IMG/VR virus record: IMGVR_UViG_3300023174_000040
Span: 62,001-126,000 of that record
Length of the DNA stretch: 64,000 nucleotides
Strand: one strand, 5' to 3'
The notes under the pieces: model-generated
Told to the model about the DNA's origin: nothing
Database searches by the model: none
What the model saw: only the letters and a program-made list of their open reading frames with translations
Translations under genes and position numbers: made by a program
Shown here: positions 54,455 through 63,200 of the stretch, piece by piece
Position numbering within the stretch: position 1 is the stretch's first letter
Layout of the letters: each line of letters opens with the position of its first letter

Positions 54455-54691
54455 ATGAGTTGGAACTATCGAGTCATTAAAAAAGCAACCAAGATTCCTG
54501 GGGGAGGAATTGATATTACTTATATTGTGCATAATGTATATCATGATGAAAATCTAGACATTGTAAACATTGGTAAAATATCACTTCCCGTGTCAGATAA
54601 TGTCGAAGGATTAAAGCACAACTTGAAGAAAATGCTAGAGGCTTGTAAAAAGTCAGTTATTGACTATAATACTGGAGAAGAAGTGAATTAA
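54455..54691 (+). CDS. hypothetical phage protein (WNYRV family)
   Basis: Resembles 28293..28487. Confidence 0.7.
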   Translation: MSWNYRVIKKATKIPGGGIDITYIVHNVYHDENLDIVNIGKISLPVSDNVEGLKHNLKKMLEACKKSVIDYNTGEEVN

Positions 54692-54819
54692 CACTCACCT
54701 TTGAGTTGATCGCCAAGGGTAACGTTCTGTGCCTCTAATTCCTATGATCCTGCTATATGCTGGTTCGCTATGGTTCAATGCACAATAATGGGGGCGTTTT
54801 TTAATACAAAGTAAACAAT

Positions 54820-55083
54820 ATGAAAAATTTTAATTGTGGAAAATTTACTTTTGTTGTTTCTTCTCAACAAGCAGATGAAATAAAAAAACAACTAGTAAAT
54901 CTTGGTACTGATGAGAGCACTATTGACATAAAATTTGCATCGGGGCCAGAACAATATTTAGTAAAAATTGGCTCTAATAATTGCAATTTTGAATTTCCTG
55001 AGCCGTTAAAACATTTTTTTTATGACAATGAATGGACTAGTTTTAGAAAAATAATAAAATTATCAGATGGAACATATTTGTAA
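54820..55083 (+). CDS. hypothetical protein
   Basis: ORF track. Confidence 0.65.
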   Translation: MKNFNCGKFTFVVSSQQADEIKKQLVNLGTDESTIDIKFASGPEQYLVKIGSNNCNFEFPEPLKHFFYDNEWTSFRKIIKLSDGTYL

Positions 55084-55091
55084 AGGATAAT

Positions 55092-55361
55092 ATGAAAAAA
55101 TATAAAAGTATTGAAGTTCACGAAGATACATTTTGCGATATCTGTGGGAACTCATGCAAAGATAAATTGGGTAACTATGAAAGTGCATCCCTAAGTGCAG
55201 ATTGGGGATATTCTAGTGGTAAAGATGGAACCAGATATGACATTGATCTATGCGAAAAATGTTTTGATGAAACAATAGAGTTCTTGAAAAGCAAGACATC
55301 TCCATCTTTGCCATTAGATCCCCTTCCCCTGAAGGGTCACGACGCCCACAATGGATTCTAA
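55092..55361 (+). CDS. zinc-binding hypothetical protein
   Basis: CDICG...DLCEKCF. Confidence 0.7.
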   Translation: MKKYKSIEVHEDTFCDICGNSCKDKLGNYESASLSADWGYSSGKDGTRYDIDLCEKCFDETIEFLKSKTSPSLPLDPLPLKGHDAHNGF

Positions 55362-55746
55362 TATGCTCAATAAAGAAGCTGCACTTAATAGTTTTGTAGA
55401 AGTCAAGAAGATTCACCTTGATGTTTTACTTTGGGAAAGTAAGCCAAAGAGGCCGAGCGAAAAACTTTCTAAAACATTTGCTTTTGTGAGAATATTTATA
55501 AATGATTCTCTTGTTCACAAGTATGGACCAAAAGAACAATATCTAATGGAGAGAATCGGTGGAGAAGAAGAACAACGTTTATCATACATAGATGATTGTA
55601 AAGAATACCTGATAAAAGTTGGTTTTATAGATCCAAGATTCAGTGCAATTCAACATCTAACCCTCGATAATGACTTTTGCGAATGGAAAAATATACCTTT
55701 TTCTTCTAACATTAATGAAGTTAAACTAAAGAGGGAATTGGTTTAA
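55351..55746 (+). CDS. hypothetical protein
   Basis: ORF track. Confidence 0.65.
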   Translation: MDSNMLNKEAALNSFVEVKKIHLDVLLWESKPKRPSEKLSKTFAFVRIFINDSLVHKYGPKEQYLMERIGGEEEQRLSYIDDCKEYLIKVGFIDPRFSAIQHLTLDNDFCEWKNIPFSSNINEVKLKRELV

Positions 55747-55786
55747 ATATTTGATATGAAGATCTAAAAATCAAGACCACCAGAAT

Positions 55787-56116
55787 ATGAACGATATGCT
55801 AAAAGAAAAAATAAGTGAAAAGCCAGTCAGGATGATTGAAAAGGCTTGCTATTTCAATCAAATGAGGTCAGATGGAGACACTTGGCGTATTCATGGCGTT
55901 GTGGATGGAACGGAATTGATGCCTAGTCGCCCAATCGGTTTCGATAAAGATAAAAATATATTCGAAACCAAGAACACAATTTACAAGGTTGTTTCTTGGG
56001 GTACTATGACCAAGTGCATTGACGAAGAATTCTGGAAGCAAGTAGAAGCTGATATTAAAGAGATTAGGCAGCGACTTAATAGCTACCACAATTTAAAAAG
56101 GTTCAGTCTTGATTAA
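55787..56116 (+). CDS. hypothetical phage protein
   Basis: IFETKNTIYKV motif. Confidence 0.65.
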   Translation: MNDMLKEKISEKPVRMIEKACYFNQMRSDGDTWRIHGVVDGTELMPSRPIGFDKDKNIFETKNTIYKVVSWGTMTKCIDEEFWKQVEADIKEIRQRLNSYHNLKRFSLD

Positions 56117-56762
56117 GATTATCAAAGAAATTGTTTCAAAAGAAACTCATTGCTATGTTGCCGTAAGCATGGGTGTCGATAGCGTATCTTCTTTATTTTG
56201 GTTGAGAAGCAAGGGATACAACATTACTCCATTGCACTTTAATCATAATCTAAGAGAACAGAACCATGCCATGGAAAATAAGTTCCATGAACTTTGTGGT
56301 AAATTAGGATTAAAAGGTATTGTGGGCAGAGGTGAAAACTTAAAAACAGAAAAAGATTGCAGAGATGCCCGCTTAAATTTTTATAAAGAGGTTGTGGATT
56401 ACGAAGGTTATGTAATCACTGCTCATCATCTCAATGATTATGTGGAAAGCTATTTAATTAATTGTTTTCGTGGACAACCCAATCACAATCCTTTTGAATT
56501 AATTAGCGAGTTCGATGGATTCAAGATCATCCATCCTTTTCTATTAAGTAAGAAAAAAGATTTTCAAGAGTACGTTGACAGGAATAAATGGAACTGCTAT
56601 ACTGTGGAGGACGAAACCAATAAGGTTGTCAAAGGAAGCAGAAGAAATTGGATTCGTCAAATAATCATTCCAGAAATGAAAAAACAAAAGTTAAGTCTAG
56701 AAAAATATTGTTCAAGGAGAATTGAAAAGAACTTGAAGAATAAGACGGTAATTCTAGACTAG
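56109..56762 (+). CDS. tilS: tRNA(Ile)-lysidine synthetase, catalytic domain only
   Basis: VAVSMGVDS (PP-loop), HFNHNLR, RDARLNF, ITAHHLNDYVESYL, HPFL, EDETN, RNWIR. Confidence 0.9.
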   Translation: MIKIIKEIVSKETHCYVAVSMGVDSVSSLFWLRSKGYNITPLHFNHNLREQNHAMENKFHELCGKLGLKGIVGRGENLKTEKDCRDARLNFYKEVVDYEGYVITAHHLNDYVESYLINCFRGQPNHNPFELISEFDGFKIIHPFLLSKKKDFQEYVDRNKWNCYTVEDETNKVVKGSRRNWIRQIIIPEMKKQKLSLEKYCSRRIEKNLKNKTVILD

Positions 56763-56778
56763 CACAGTTGGTTAATTT

Positions 56779-57042
56779 CCGAAGGTAGCAAAACGGTTAA
56801 TGCAACAAACTCATGAATTTTCGTGCCATACGATTGGAAACTTCGTATGGGATGTCGTCAAATTCGGTGAAACCTAAATGCGTGAGCATATGGCAATGCC
56901 GAGCGAAGCCCGTAAGGGAACGTGTAGAGACTTAACGGCGACCACCTAAATCGTAAGATATGGTGAAGACAAAGTCCAAGGAGTGGTGAAAATCACACAA
57001 ACTTGAATTTGTAGACTGTGGGTTCGAATCCCACCCTTCGGA
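56779..57042 (+). tRNA. tRNA(CAU), probably Ile2, interrupted by a group I intron
   Basis: Exons 56779-56814 and 57006-57042 give CCGAAGG/CCTTCGG-A and ACAAA-CTCATAA-TTTGT; lies 16 nt after tilS. Confidence 0.88.
56815..57005 (+). ncRNA. group I self-splicing intron (191 nt, no ORF)
   Basis: aaattcggtgaa, caatgccgagc, gtagagact, aaagtcc; terminal G; P1 CATGAA/TTCGTG with a U-G wobble at the 5' splice site. Confidence 0.9.
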
Positions 57043-57046
57043 CGTA

Positions 57047-57087
57047 ACACGAGGCCGCTTGACAATATCAAGCGGCCTCGTGTCTTT
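57047..57087 (+). terminator. intrinsic terminator
   Basis: 16-bp inverted repeat acacgaggccgcttga / tcaagcggcctcgtgt followed by tttt. Confidence 0.8.
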
Positions 57088-57205
57088 TAATAGCTCTTAA
57101 GGACATAAATTATGATTTGATTTCATAATTTATATAGTATTTAGCCCTCCATTTTATGCGTTGTATTATACTTGAAAAACTTACCACCCAAGCTATAATA
57201 AATCC

Positions 57206-57682
57206 ATGTCTCAAAAAAAAATACAAACTGAAGAACCTGATGAACACTGGTCTTTTTTAGATTTTAAAGATAAAGTTGTTTTGGATTTGGGTTGTGGCAA
57301 ATTTTATTCATCAATATCCACCGCCCAGTGGTTTTTGAATAAAGGCGCACTTAAGGTTATTGGTGTAGATTTAAGTAAAGAAAATATTGATAACGATAGG
57401 TTTGTATCTTATGCCAAGGCAATAAGATCCTCAAAAGATCTGGAATATTTTTTAAAATATGAGCCAGAAGTAATTAAGTGTGATATAGAGGGTGCCGAGA
57501 TATACTTTAGAGATATTCCCTCTTTGCCTTCTGTCAAGCAAATCGCTTTTGAGTATCACTGTCCTGCTACAAAGAAGGTTTGCGAAGAATCTTTCATTAG
57601 ATGGGGTTTTGAAAACATAGTTCAGTACCAACTTTTTAACGAGAGTACGGACAGAATTGGAGTATACTATGCTTCCAAATAA
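57206..57682 (+). CDS. class I SAM-dependent methyltransferase-like protein
   Basis: VLDLGCG, VIGVD, IKCDIEGAE. Confidence 0.7.
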   Translation: MSQKKIQTEEPDEHWSFLDFKDKVVLDLGCGKFYSSISTAQWFLNKGALKVIGVDLSKENIDNDRFVSYAKAIRSSKDLEYFLKYEPEVIKCDIEGAEIYFRDIPSLPSVKQIAFEYHCPATKKVCEESFIRWGFENIVQYQLFNESTDRIGVYYASK

Positions 57683-57950
57683 ATCAGTCTTAATCTTATC
57701 TTCTTCTTTGGTTCTTGGCATCCTTTTTGTTTTCTTTTTGGAAACTAGGATATCTAGATCCACTATAGAAGAAAAACAAGCACTTTATCAAAGTGGTTTA
57801 AAAGAGGGCAAACTAGCCTTCTCTGCGAAAGAAAACATGTTTCCAATTGATGATAATATGGTTTATACCAATTGCACAACCTTCTTAAAATCAAAAGAAG
57901 AAGTTGAAGGATTTATAGAGGGATATACTTCTTTTTCAAAATCTAATTAA
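57657..57950 (+). CDS. membrane-anchored hypothetical protein
   Basis: N-terminal hydrophobic helix. Confidence 0.6.
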   Translation: MEYTMLPNKSVLILSSSLVLGILFVFFLETRISRSTIEEKQALYQSGLKEGKLAFSAKENMFPIDDNMVYTNCTTFLKSKEEVEGFIEGYTSFSKSN

Positions 57951-58744
57951 TTTTTTATTATATCTTTGACTTCTATCTTTCCAAAGTAGGTATTGGGATC
58001 AGAGGCGTAATTGTTGGCCAAGTGATATGAATAGCACAATTCGCTTATTTGATTGTTTTCTATTCTAATCATGGGAGTTTTACCTAATCCCCACATAGGA
58101 TAAGAAGCAGCATTTTCTCTTGATGTATCTAGCTTAGTAAAATTTGGAGTTATGCTTTCTTTTAGTTGTTTCTTCGGCATAATCCAAAAAGCATGATATG
58201 GTTGTGATAAAGTCATGAAAGATTTACCATTAACTGATGTTGTATTGATTGATTGTTGACTGGTAATGTCAGTTACGAATTTCTTTCCATTGTGATGTTC
58301 AACTCTAATAAAAGATGGAACACGTCCCAATTTCCATAATTCATCAAAATTTGATATGTATTCATTGAATGCATCGTAGGTCACCAACATATCATCTTCA
58401 ACATACATGAAATAATCATAATTATCAATATTATCTATAAAGTGTTTTCTGTGCACCCATGTTAAATGATAAGGATGCTCTAAATTATGCACACATACTT
58501 TAGCGTTTAAATTTACATGTTTATTAGAATCTACAATAATATCAACATCTGCTTTGTAGGTAGCGTAATTATTCAATAATTGTTTTACGTAATCTATCCT
58601 TTTTTCAACATAGTGAAATGCAATGCAAACTAATATTTTAGATTTTACTTCCATGTGTTTATGTATTATTTTATAAAATTTTTTAAAAACCATCAAACTT
58701 GCACCTAAAGTTTCTTTTTGGTACGGTCTGGTCGCAGCCTCCAA
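57947..58744 (-). CDS. glycosyltransferase-like hypothetical protein
   Basis: YDYFMYVEDD DxD-like motif; real start probably downstream of the ORF-track start. Confidence 0.55.
   Translation of the reverse strand: MEAATRPYQKETLGASLMVFKKFYKIIHKHMEVKSKILVCIAFHYVEKRIDYVKQLLNNYATYKADVDIIVDSNKHVNLNAKVCVHNLEHPYHLTWVHRKHFIDNIDNYDYFMYVEDDMLVTYDAFNEYISNFDELWKLGRVPSFIRVEHHNGKKFVTDITSQQSINTTSVNGKSFMTLSQPYHAFWIMPKKQLKESITPNFTKLDTSRENAASYPMWGLGKTPMIRIENNQISELCYSYHLANNYASDPNTYFGKIEVKDIIKN
58710..58728 (+). promoter_or_regulatory. conserved 19-nt motif copy
   Basis: gtttctttttggtacggtc upstream of ATG 58768. Confidence 0.65.
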
Positions 58745-58767
58745 CCAAAAATCAAAGGACTACAGAT

Positions 58768-59040
58768 ATGAAGATTGTTGCTGCTTTTATCCTGATGATC
58801 GTTGCTTGTGCTTCGGTTCACACTTCTTATGCTTCTGATCCCATCAAGATTAGCGACTCTGATATTAATAAGATTTTGAAGGCGAAGGAAATTGTTCGGG
58901 GAATGGTGAACTATCCCGATACCCTTGTTTTTCATGAGTTCGCCACCAAGGTTAATGGCAATACTGTGACGCTCAAGTTTACTGCGAAGAACGCATATGG
59001 AGTGTCTGAGACTCATACCAAGGACATTAAGGTTGACTGA
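58768..59040 (+). CDS. small secreted protein
   Basis: Signal peptide MKIVAAFILMIVACAS; FTAKNAYG. Confidence 0.75.
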   Translation: MKIVAAFILMIVACASVHTSYASDPIKISDSDINKILKAKEIVRGMVNYPDTLVFHEFATKVNGNTVTLKFTAKNAYGVSETHTKDIKVD

Positions 59041-59082
59041 AGTTGGCATAATTAACTTTCTACAAAATTAGCCCGCAAGATC

Positions 59083-59120
59083 CGCTAGGCCCATAGAGAA
59101 ATTTATGGGCCTAGCGTTTG
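59083..59120 (+). terminator. terminator hairpin
   Basis: cgctaggcccata / tatgggcctagcg followed by ttt. Confidence 0.65.
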
Positions 59121-59136
59121 GGCATTTATACCTATC

Positions 59137-59640
59137 ATGAAAATTGAAAAAGATTGGATTACAAAGGCTGGTCTTAGAGCCATTGTAATATTTAACCAAA
59201 ATGGACAATATCGCTGTGGTTATGTGGGTGTAGAAAAAGATAGCGGCTACTATGGGGTGGAAAACACTGATATTGATGAATACTTAACTGTTCATGGTGG
59301 TGTTACATTTTCTAGCCATTTAAACGGCCTGCCGGAAAATATTTGGTGGATCGGTTATGATTGTGCCCACAGCGGCGATCTTGTTAAATGGACAGATTCT
59401 TGGTCAAAGGGAGTAGAACGCTCCTTGAAATACTGTGTAAAAGAATGTGAAAGCCTTGCACTTCAGCTTTCCTATATTCCAATGAAAAATTATTTTTATG
59501 CCATTAATATTTCAAAAGGCAAACTTCCAGAAGATATGCACAAACAAATGCTTCTTCTTTCATTGGAAGCTCCCAATGGTTGCTTTTTAAAAGATTACTT
59601 TGTAAAATCTTACTTTCAATTTATTGGAGAAAAAGTTTGA
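59137..59640 (+). CDS. conserved hypothetical phage protein
   Basis: RCGYVGV...VHGGVTF...WIGYDCAH. Confidence 0.8.
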   Translation: MKIEKDWITKAGLRAIVIFNQNGQYRCGYVGVEKDSGYYGVENTDIDEYLTVHGGVTFSSHLNGLPENIWWIGYDCAHSGDLVKWTDSWSKGVERSLKYCVKECESLALQLSYIPMKNYFYAINISKGKLPEDMHKQMLLLSLEAPNGCFLKDYFVKSYFQFIGEKV

Positions 59641-60143
59641 ACAAGAGAGTTGCTAAAACTTTTCATCAACTGATGAAAAATGGCTGGTCTCCAGTAAGTT
59701 ACAAACATCATCCTGAGCATATCAAGAAAGCAATAAGTCTTGCTCACTTTCGGCCTGCTGCCAAACAGTGCTTTGCAAATAGTCAAAAACTATTAACCGA
59801 CCAGAATATAATTGAACTATTGTATGCGGAAGGTATTGTGGTTGGATTAAGTGGTATTTTTATTGAGCATGCTTGGGTAATAGATTCAAATGGTATCAAT
59901 CATGATATTACTTTGGACCCTGCTCCTAAAATAATTTGCAATCAAATTTTTTCTACCAAAGAGATTTACGCAAATATGGTGAAAACTGGTTGTTATACAC
60001 CATTGGATCAAAATTGGCTTGATATTATGAAGACCGCATGTTATTTTGGTGTTCCTACAAATCTTCCTCTAGGGGAAGTAGAAGAAAAAGTTAAAAATCA
60101 ATTTCAATTTCTCAAAGATATGAACCAAGAAATAGTGAAGTAA
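59637..60143 (+). CDS. hypothetical protein
   Basis: CFANS...YAEG...IEHAW. Confidence 0.7.
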   Translation: MNKRVAKTFHQLMKNGWSPVSYKHHPEHIKKAISLAHFRPAAKQCFANSQKLLTDQNIIELLYAEGIVVGLSGIFIEHAWVIDSNGINHDITLDPAPKIICNQIFSTKEIYANMVKTGCYTPLDQNWLDIMKTACYFGVPTNLPLGEVEEKVKNQFQFLKDMNQEIVK

Positions 60144-60144
60144 A

Positions 60145-60240
60145 ATGGAACACCTAAAAGACTTAAAGATTCTTCCTACCGATTATTTTGAGTATGGAGG
60201 ACAAATTGAACGATGGAAAGGTGAACTACCCACCCCCTAA
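60145..60240 (+). pseudogene. short ORF apparently truncated by the TnpB element
   Basis: MEHLKDLKILPTDYFEYGGQIERWK runs into the element end at 60221 and stops within it. Confidence 0.45.
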
Positions 60241-61430
60241 AGGGAGTGGGCTTCAAGTTTCATAGCCTTGTCTAACGACAACGACTCCACTTGTTTTTGT
60301 TTATTGAGCGACTTGGTTCCCAAACCACTCATATTCAAACCTTGTTTTAGTATGTTGAGACTGGCGTTGTGGTCTCGGTCAATGTTCTTCCCACAAACGC
60401 ACTTCCATTCACGATCTTTCAGCGATAATTCTTGATTGATGTATCCACAATCAAAGCAAGTTTTACTGCTTGGGAAAAATCGGTCTATCTTAATCAGTGT
60501 TCGTCCATACCATTCTGCTTTGTAGGATAGTTGACGAACGAATTCTCCCCAACCGCAATTCATCACCGATTTTGCCAACTTATGATTACTCATCATGCCC
60601 TTTACATTAAGGTCTTCTACGCATATGATTTGGTTTTCGTCAATCAACTTTCTGGAAAGTTTATGCAAGAAGTCCGTTCTATTGTTGGTGATTTTTTCAT
60701 ATATCTTGGCTACTTTAAGTCTTTGTTTTCCTCTGGTGGTTCCTCCTTTTGTCTTTTTGCTCAATTGTCTTTGGTTGTATTTTAACTTTTTCTCTAACTT
60801 GTGGTAGTGTTTAGGGTTGTCAAAAACTTCGGCGTTGGAGCAAACAGCAAAGCTTTTGATGCCCAAATCAACACCTATTTTGTTTTTGTTTTTCTTGAGT
60901 TTATTTTGCTCAACTTCACAAGTAAGTGAAACAAAATACTTGTTTGTTGAAGTCTTGGATATGGTGATGAACCTTATCTCACCAAATTCACGATGGATGT
61001 TTAGTCTGATTCCTTCCTTGAATTTGGGAAAATATATTCTGTCATTCTTGACAGAGATGTGTTGTGGAACTCTGAAACTTTGCTTTTTGTGTTTTGACTT
61101 GAAGATTGGAAACTTGGTTTCTTTCCTGAAAAACTTGTTGTATGCTGTGTCCAAGTCACGCAATGTGTGTTGCAATGTTTGGCTGTTGACTTCCCTAAGC
61201 CAGTTGTATTCGGTCTTCTTTTTAACCTTGGTCAGTTCGTTGGCACAATCGTAGTAGTTCAATGTCTTCTTGTTGTCTAAATACTCTTCTTTTCGTCTGT
61301 TCAAGAAATAATTCCACACGAACCTTCTGCAACCAAAGTGTTGACTCAGTTTTTCTTTTTGGTCTTTTGTGGGTAGTAGTTGAAACTTAAACGATTTGAG
61401 CATACAATGGTATGTATGCAGGTCAGTCCA
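60221..61430 (-). mobile_element. TnpB-only IS200/IS605-family (IS1341-like) element
   Basis: Right end reads ...gaagcccactccctttagggggtgggtagttcac on the minus strand; left boundary is approximate; no tnpA. Confidence 0.75.
60237..61403 (-). CDS. tnpB: RNA-guided endonuclease TnpB
   Basis: N-terminal HTH_OrfB-like region, RuvC IGVDLG / VEDL / DRDHNA, zinc finger CFDCG...CVCG. Confidence 0.95.
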   Translation of the reverse strand: MLKSFKFQLLPTKDQKEKLSQHFGCRRFVWNYFLNRRKEEYLDNKKTLNYYDCANELTKVKKKTEYNWLREVNSQTLQHTLRDLDTAYNKFFRKETKFPIFKSKHKKQSFRVPQHISVKNDRIYFPKFKEGIRLNIHREFGEIRFITISKTSTNKYFVSLTCEVEQNKLKKNKNKIGVDLGIKSFAVCSNAEVFDNPKHYHKLEKKLKYNQRQLSKKTKGGTTRGKQRLKVAKIYEKITNNRTDFLHKLSRKLIDENQIICVEDLNVKGMMSNHKLAKSVMNCGWGEFVRQLSYKAEWYGRTLIKIDRFFPSSKTCFDCGYINQELSLKDREWKCVCGKNIDRDHNASLNILKQGLNMSGLGTKSLNKQKQVESLSLDKAMKLEAHSL

Positions 61431-61490
61431 AATTTATACGGGAATTATGGTTTTTGTAGATTTTACTGGGTACGGTTGTTTTGAGAAGTA

Positions 61491-61509
61491 GTTTCCCTCC
61501 GGTACGGTT
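61491..61509 (+). promoter_or_regulatory. conserved 19-nt motif copy
   Basis: gtttccctccggtacggtt upstream of 61531; a degenerate copy is at about 61460-61477. Confidence 0.65.
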
Positions 61510-61530
61510 TGAGACTGCGGGGACACCAAA

Positions 61531-61971
61531 ATGAAAATCATTTTCTTAGATGTTGATGGGGTTCTAAACACTCCAAAAACAATAAAAAAGTTTGGTTTTG
61601 ATTTTATTGATAACATTCTTGTGGCTCTTGTCGCAAGAATCGTCAGAGAAACAGAAGCAAAAATTGTTCTTTCTTCAACTTGGAGAGTTCAAGAAAAAGA
61701 TAAAAATATTGTTATTCAAGCACTCAGTCAACATGGACTTGAACTTTTTGATTGCACTCCTGTAATTGAAAGGTCAGGAGGATGGACAGAAGGTGGATGG
61801 GTCAGGAGAAATGAAGAAATACAGGCATGGCTAAATAACAATCAAGCACAAAAGTTTGCAATATTAGATGATTTTGATGATGCTTGTATTGAAGGAAGTT
61901 TTTTTCAAACCGATGAAAACATAGGATTGACCGTTCCGATTACAGAAAAAATTATTGAACACCTAAAATAA
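61531..61971 (+). CDS. HAD phosphatase (Swiss-army-knife RNA repair-like)
   Basis: IIFLDVDGVLN, IVLSSTWR, FAILDD. Confidence 0.85.
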   Translation: MKIIFLDVDGVLNTPKTIKKFGFDFIDNILVALVARIVRETEAKIVLSSTWRVQEKDKNIVIQALSQHGLELFDCTPVIERSGGWTEGGWVRRNEEIQAWLNNNQAQKFAILDDFDDACIEGSFFQTDENIGLTVPITEKIIEHLK

Positions 61972-61975
61972 TATT

Positions 61976-62404
61976 ATGAAAAATCCAATGAAAAAGTCAG
62001 AAATTTTGGCGAGTCTTAAAAAGAATTATCCCAACACTGGATTCATTACTATCTCTTATGAGGGAAGTGGAGATAGTTTCAATGATTTCTACGACTGCAA
62101 TGCCTATGCTAAGTGTAGTTTGAAAAATCCTAAACTTTTGGATAGTTTTAGTGAAAAAGGCCGACCGCAAAGTGAAGACCTTAAAGATATAAGCAAAGAT
62201 CTTCATGAGACTAAAAACATTCTGGATAGTTGTATTTGGAGTGTTCTTGAGAGTCATGATGAAGTGAATTTTAACAACGATGGTTGCGAGGGCGAAATTA
62301 CATTTGATCTAGATAATGATAAGATCATTGTTTATAATCGTTACCGTGTAACAGAAACAGTGGACTCTCCTGACTACGAATACAAGGCAGGTGATTTTGA
62401 ATAA
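61976..62404 (+). CDS. hypothetical protein (DUF6878-like)
   Basis: ISYEGSGDS...NNDGCEGEI. Confidence 0.65.
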   Translation: MKNPMKKSEILASLKKNYPNTGFITISYEGSGDSFNDFYDCNAYAKCSLKNPKLLDSFSEKGRPQSEDLKDISKDLHETKNILDSCIWSVLESHDEVNFNNDGCEGEITFDLDNDKIIVYNRYRVTETVDSPDYEYKAGDFE

Positions 62405-63119
62405 TATAAATCCGGCTCCAGGCGTCATTAACGCAAATTATCTTAACAACAACAATCACTCAACCAATAATTATAAAATGAATAATACTAAAGCGGCTCC
62501 CAAACTTTCCCCTAGTCAAGAAGCACTTGTAGCCGCCCTTAATGAAGGAAAGCGAAACAAGGATCTTGAAAAGATTATCCTTGAGGATGCTCAGTGCTGT
62601 GTTGATTATGCAAGGTATATAATCAAGGGTCGTTGGCCGGAAGCAGAAGATATCATTGTTAATGCCTCCCTTAATACTAAGGTGCTTGGAGAAAAGTCTT
62701 GGGGTCGTACCAAGACTTTAGTTTATGTTTATGCGAACTTGATTAAAGATCGCTTCCATAAAGCAGAAGAAAAGATGACTAATGATAAGAGTTGGTATGG
62801 GCATAATTACGCCTACACTAAACTTATTCTTAGGCTTAAGGGTGAAATTGTAGATTTCAATAAGCCCGGTATTGTTGTGTGGCTGATGGATGATATTAAT
62901 AAGGGTAAAATTGGCAAGCGAATCAAGACTGAAAAGAAGTGGGAAATTCTCGATCAACTCTACAAGAGAATTACCTTGTTCGCTTTTAGCCACCCAGGGG
63001 ATCGTAATATTAAGAAATATGTCAATGAGCAGAAAAAGTTCAAGCAATCTATGATGCTCGAACTTCGTCGGCAAGATAAAGATATGACTGTCGAACAGTT
63101 GATTGAAAAGTTGAAGTAA
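62391..63119 (+). CDS. hypothetical protein with one copy of the YAR.IIKGRW.EAE module
   Basis: DYARYIIKGRWPEAEDII matches the repeat unit of 44761..45645. Confidence 0.7.
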   Translation: MILNNINPAPGVINANYLNNNNHSTNNYKMNNTKAAPKLSPSQEALVAALNEGKRNKDLEKIILEDAQCCVDYARYIIKGRWPEAEDIIVNASLNTKVLGEKSWGRTKTLVYVYANLIKDRFHKAEEKMTNDKSWYGHNYAYTKLILRLKGEIVDFNKPGIVVWLMDDINKGKIGKRIKTEKKWEILDQLYKRITLFAFSHPGDRNIKKYVNEQKKFKQSMMLELRRQDKDMTVEQLIEKLK

Positions 63120-63200
63120 TGGAATATCCTGACTTACAACCTTGGTTTGATAATCCCTCTGATGAATATCATGAGTTGGTTTGTGTAGAAGAATTTCCAT

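Noticed and set aside
54690-54800. Possible structured RNA in an intergenic gap
   Set aside because: Only short, non-nested pairings (cgcc/ggcg, tgtgc/gcaca) were found, which is insufficient to call.
56779-57042. tRNA-Met assignment
   Set aside because: There are no initiator features (C1 pairs with G72, no GGG/CCC anticodon stem), and adjacency to tilS favours Ile2. Elongator Met is not fully excluded.
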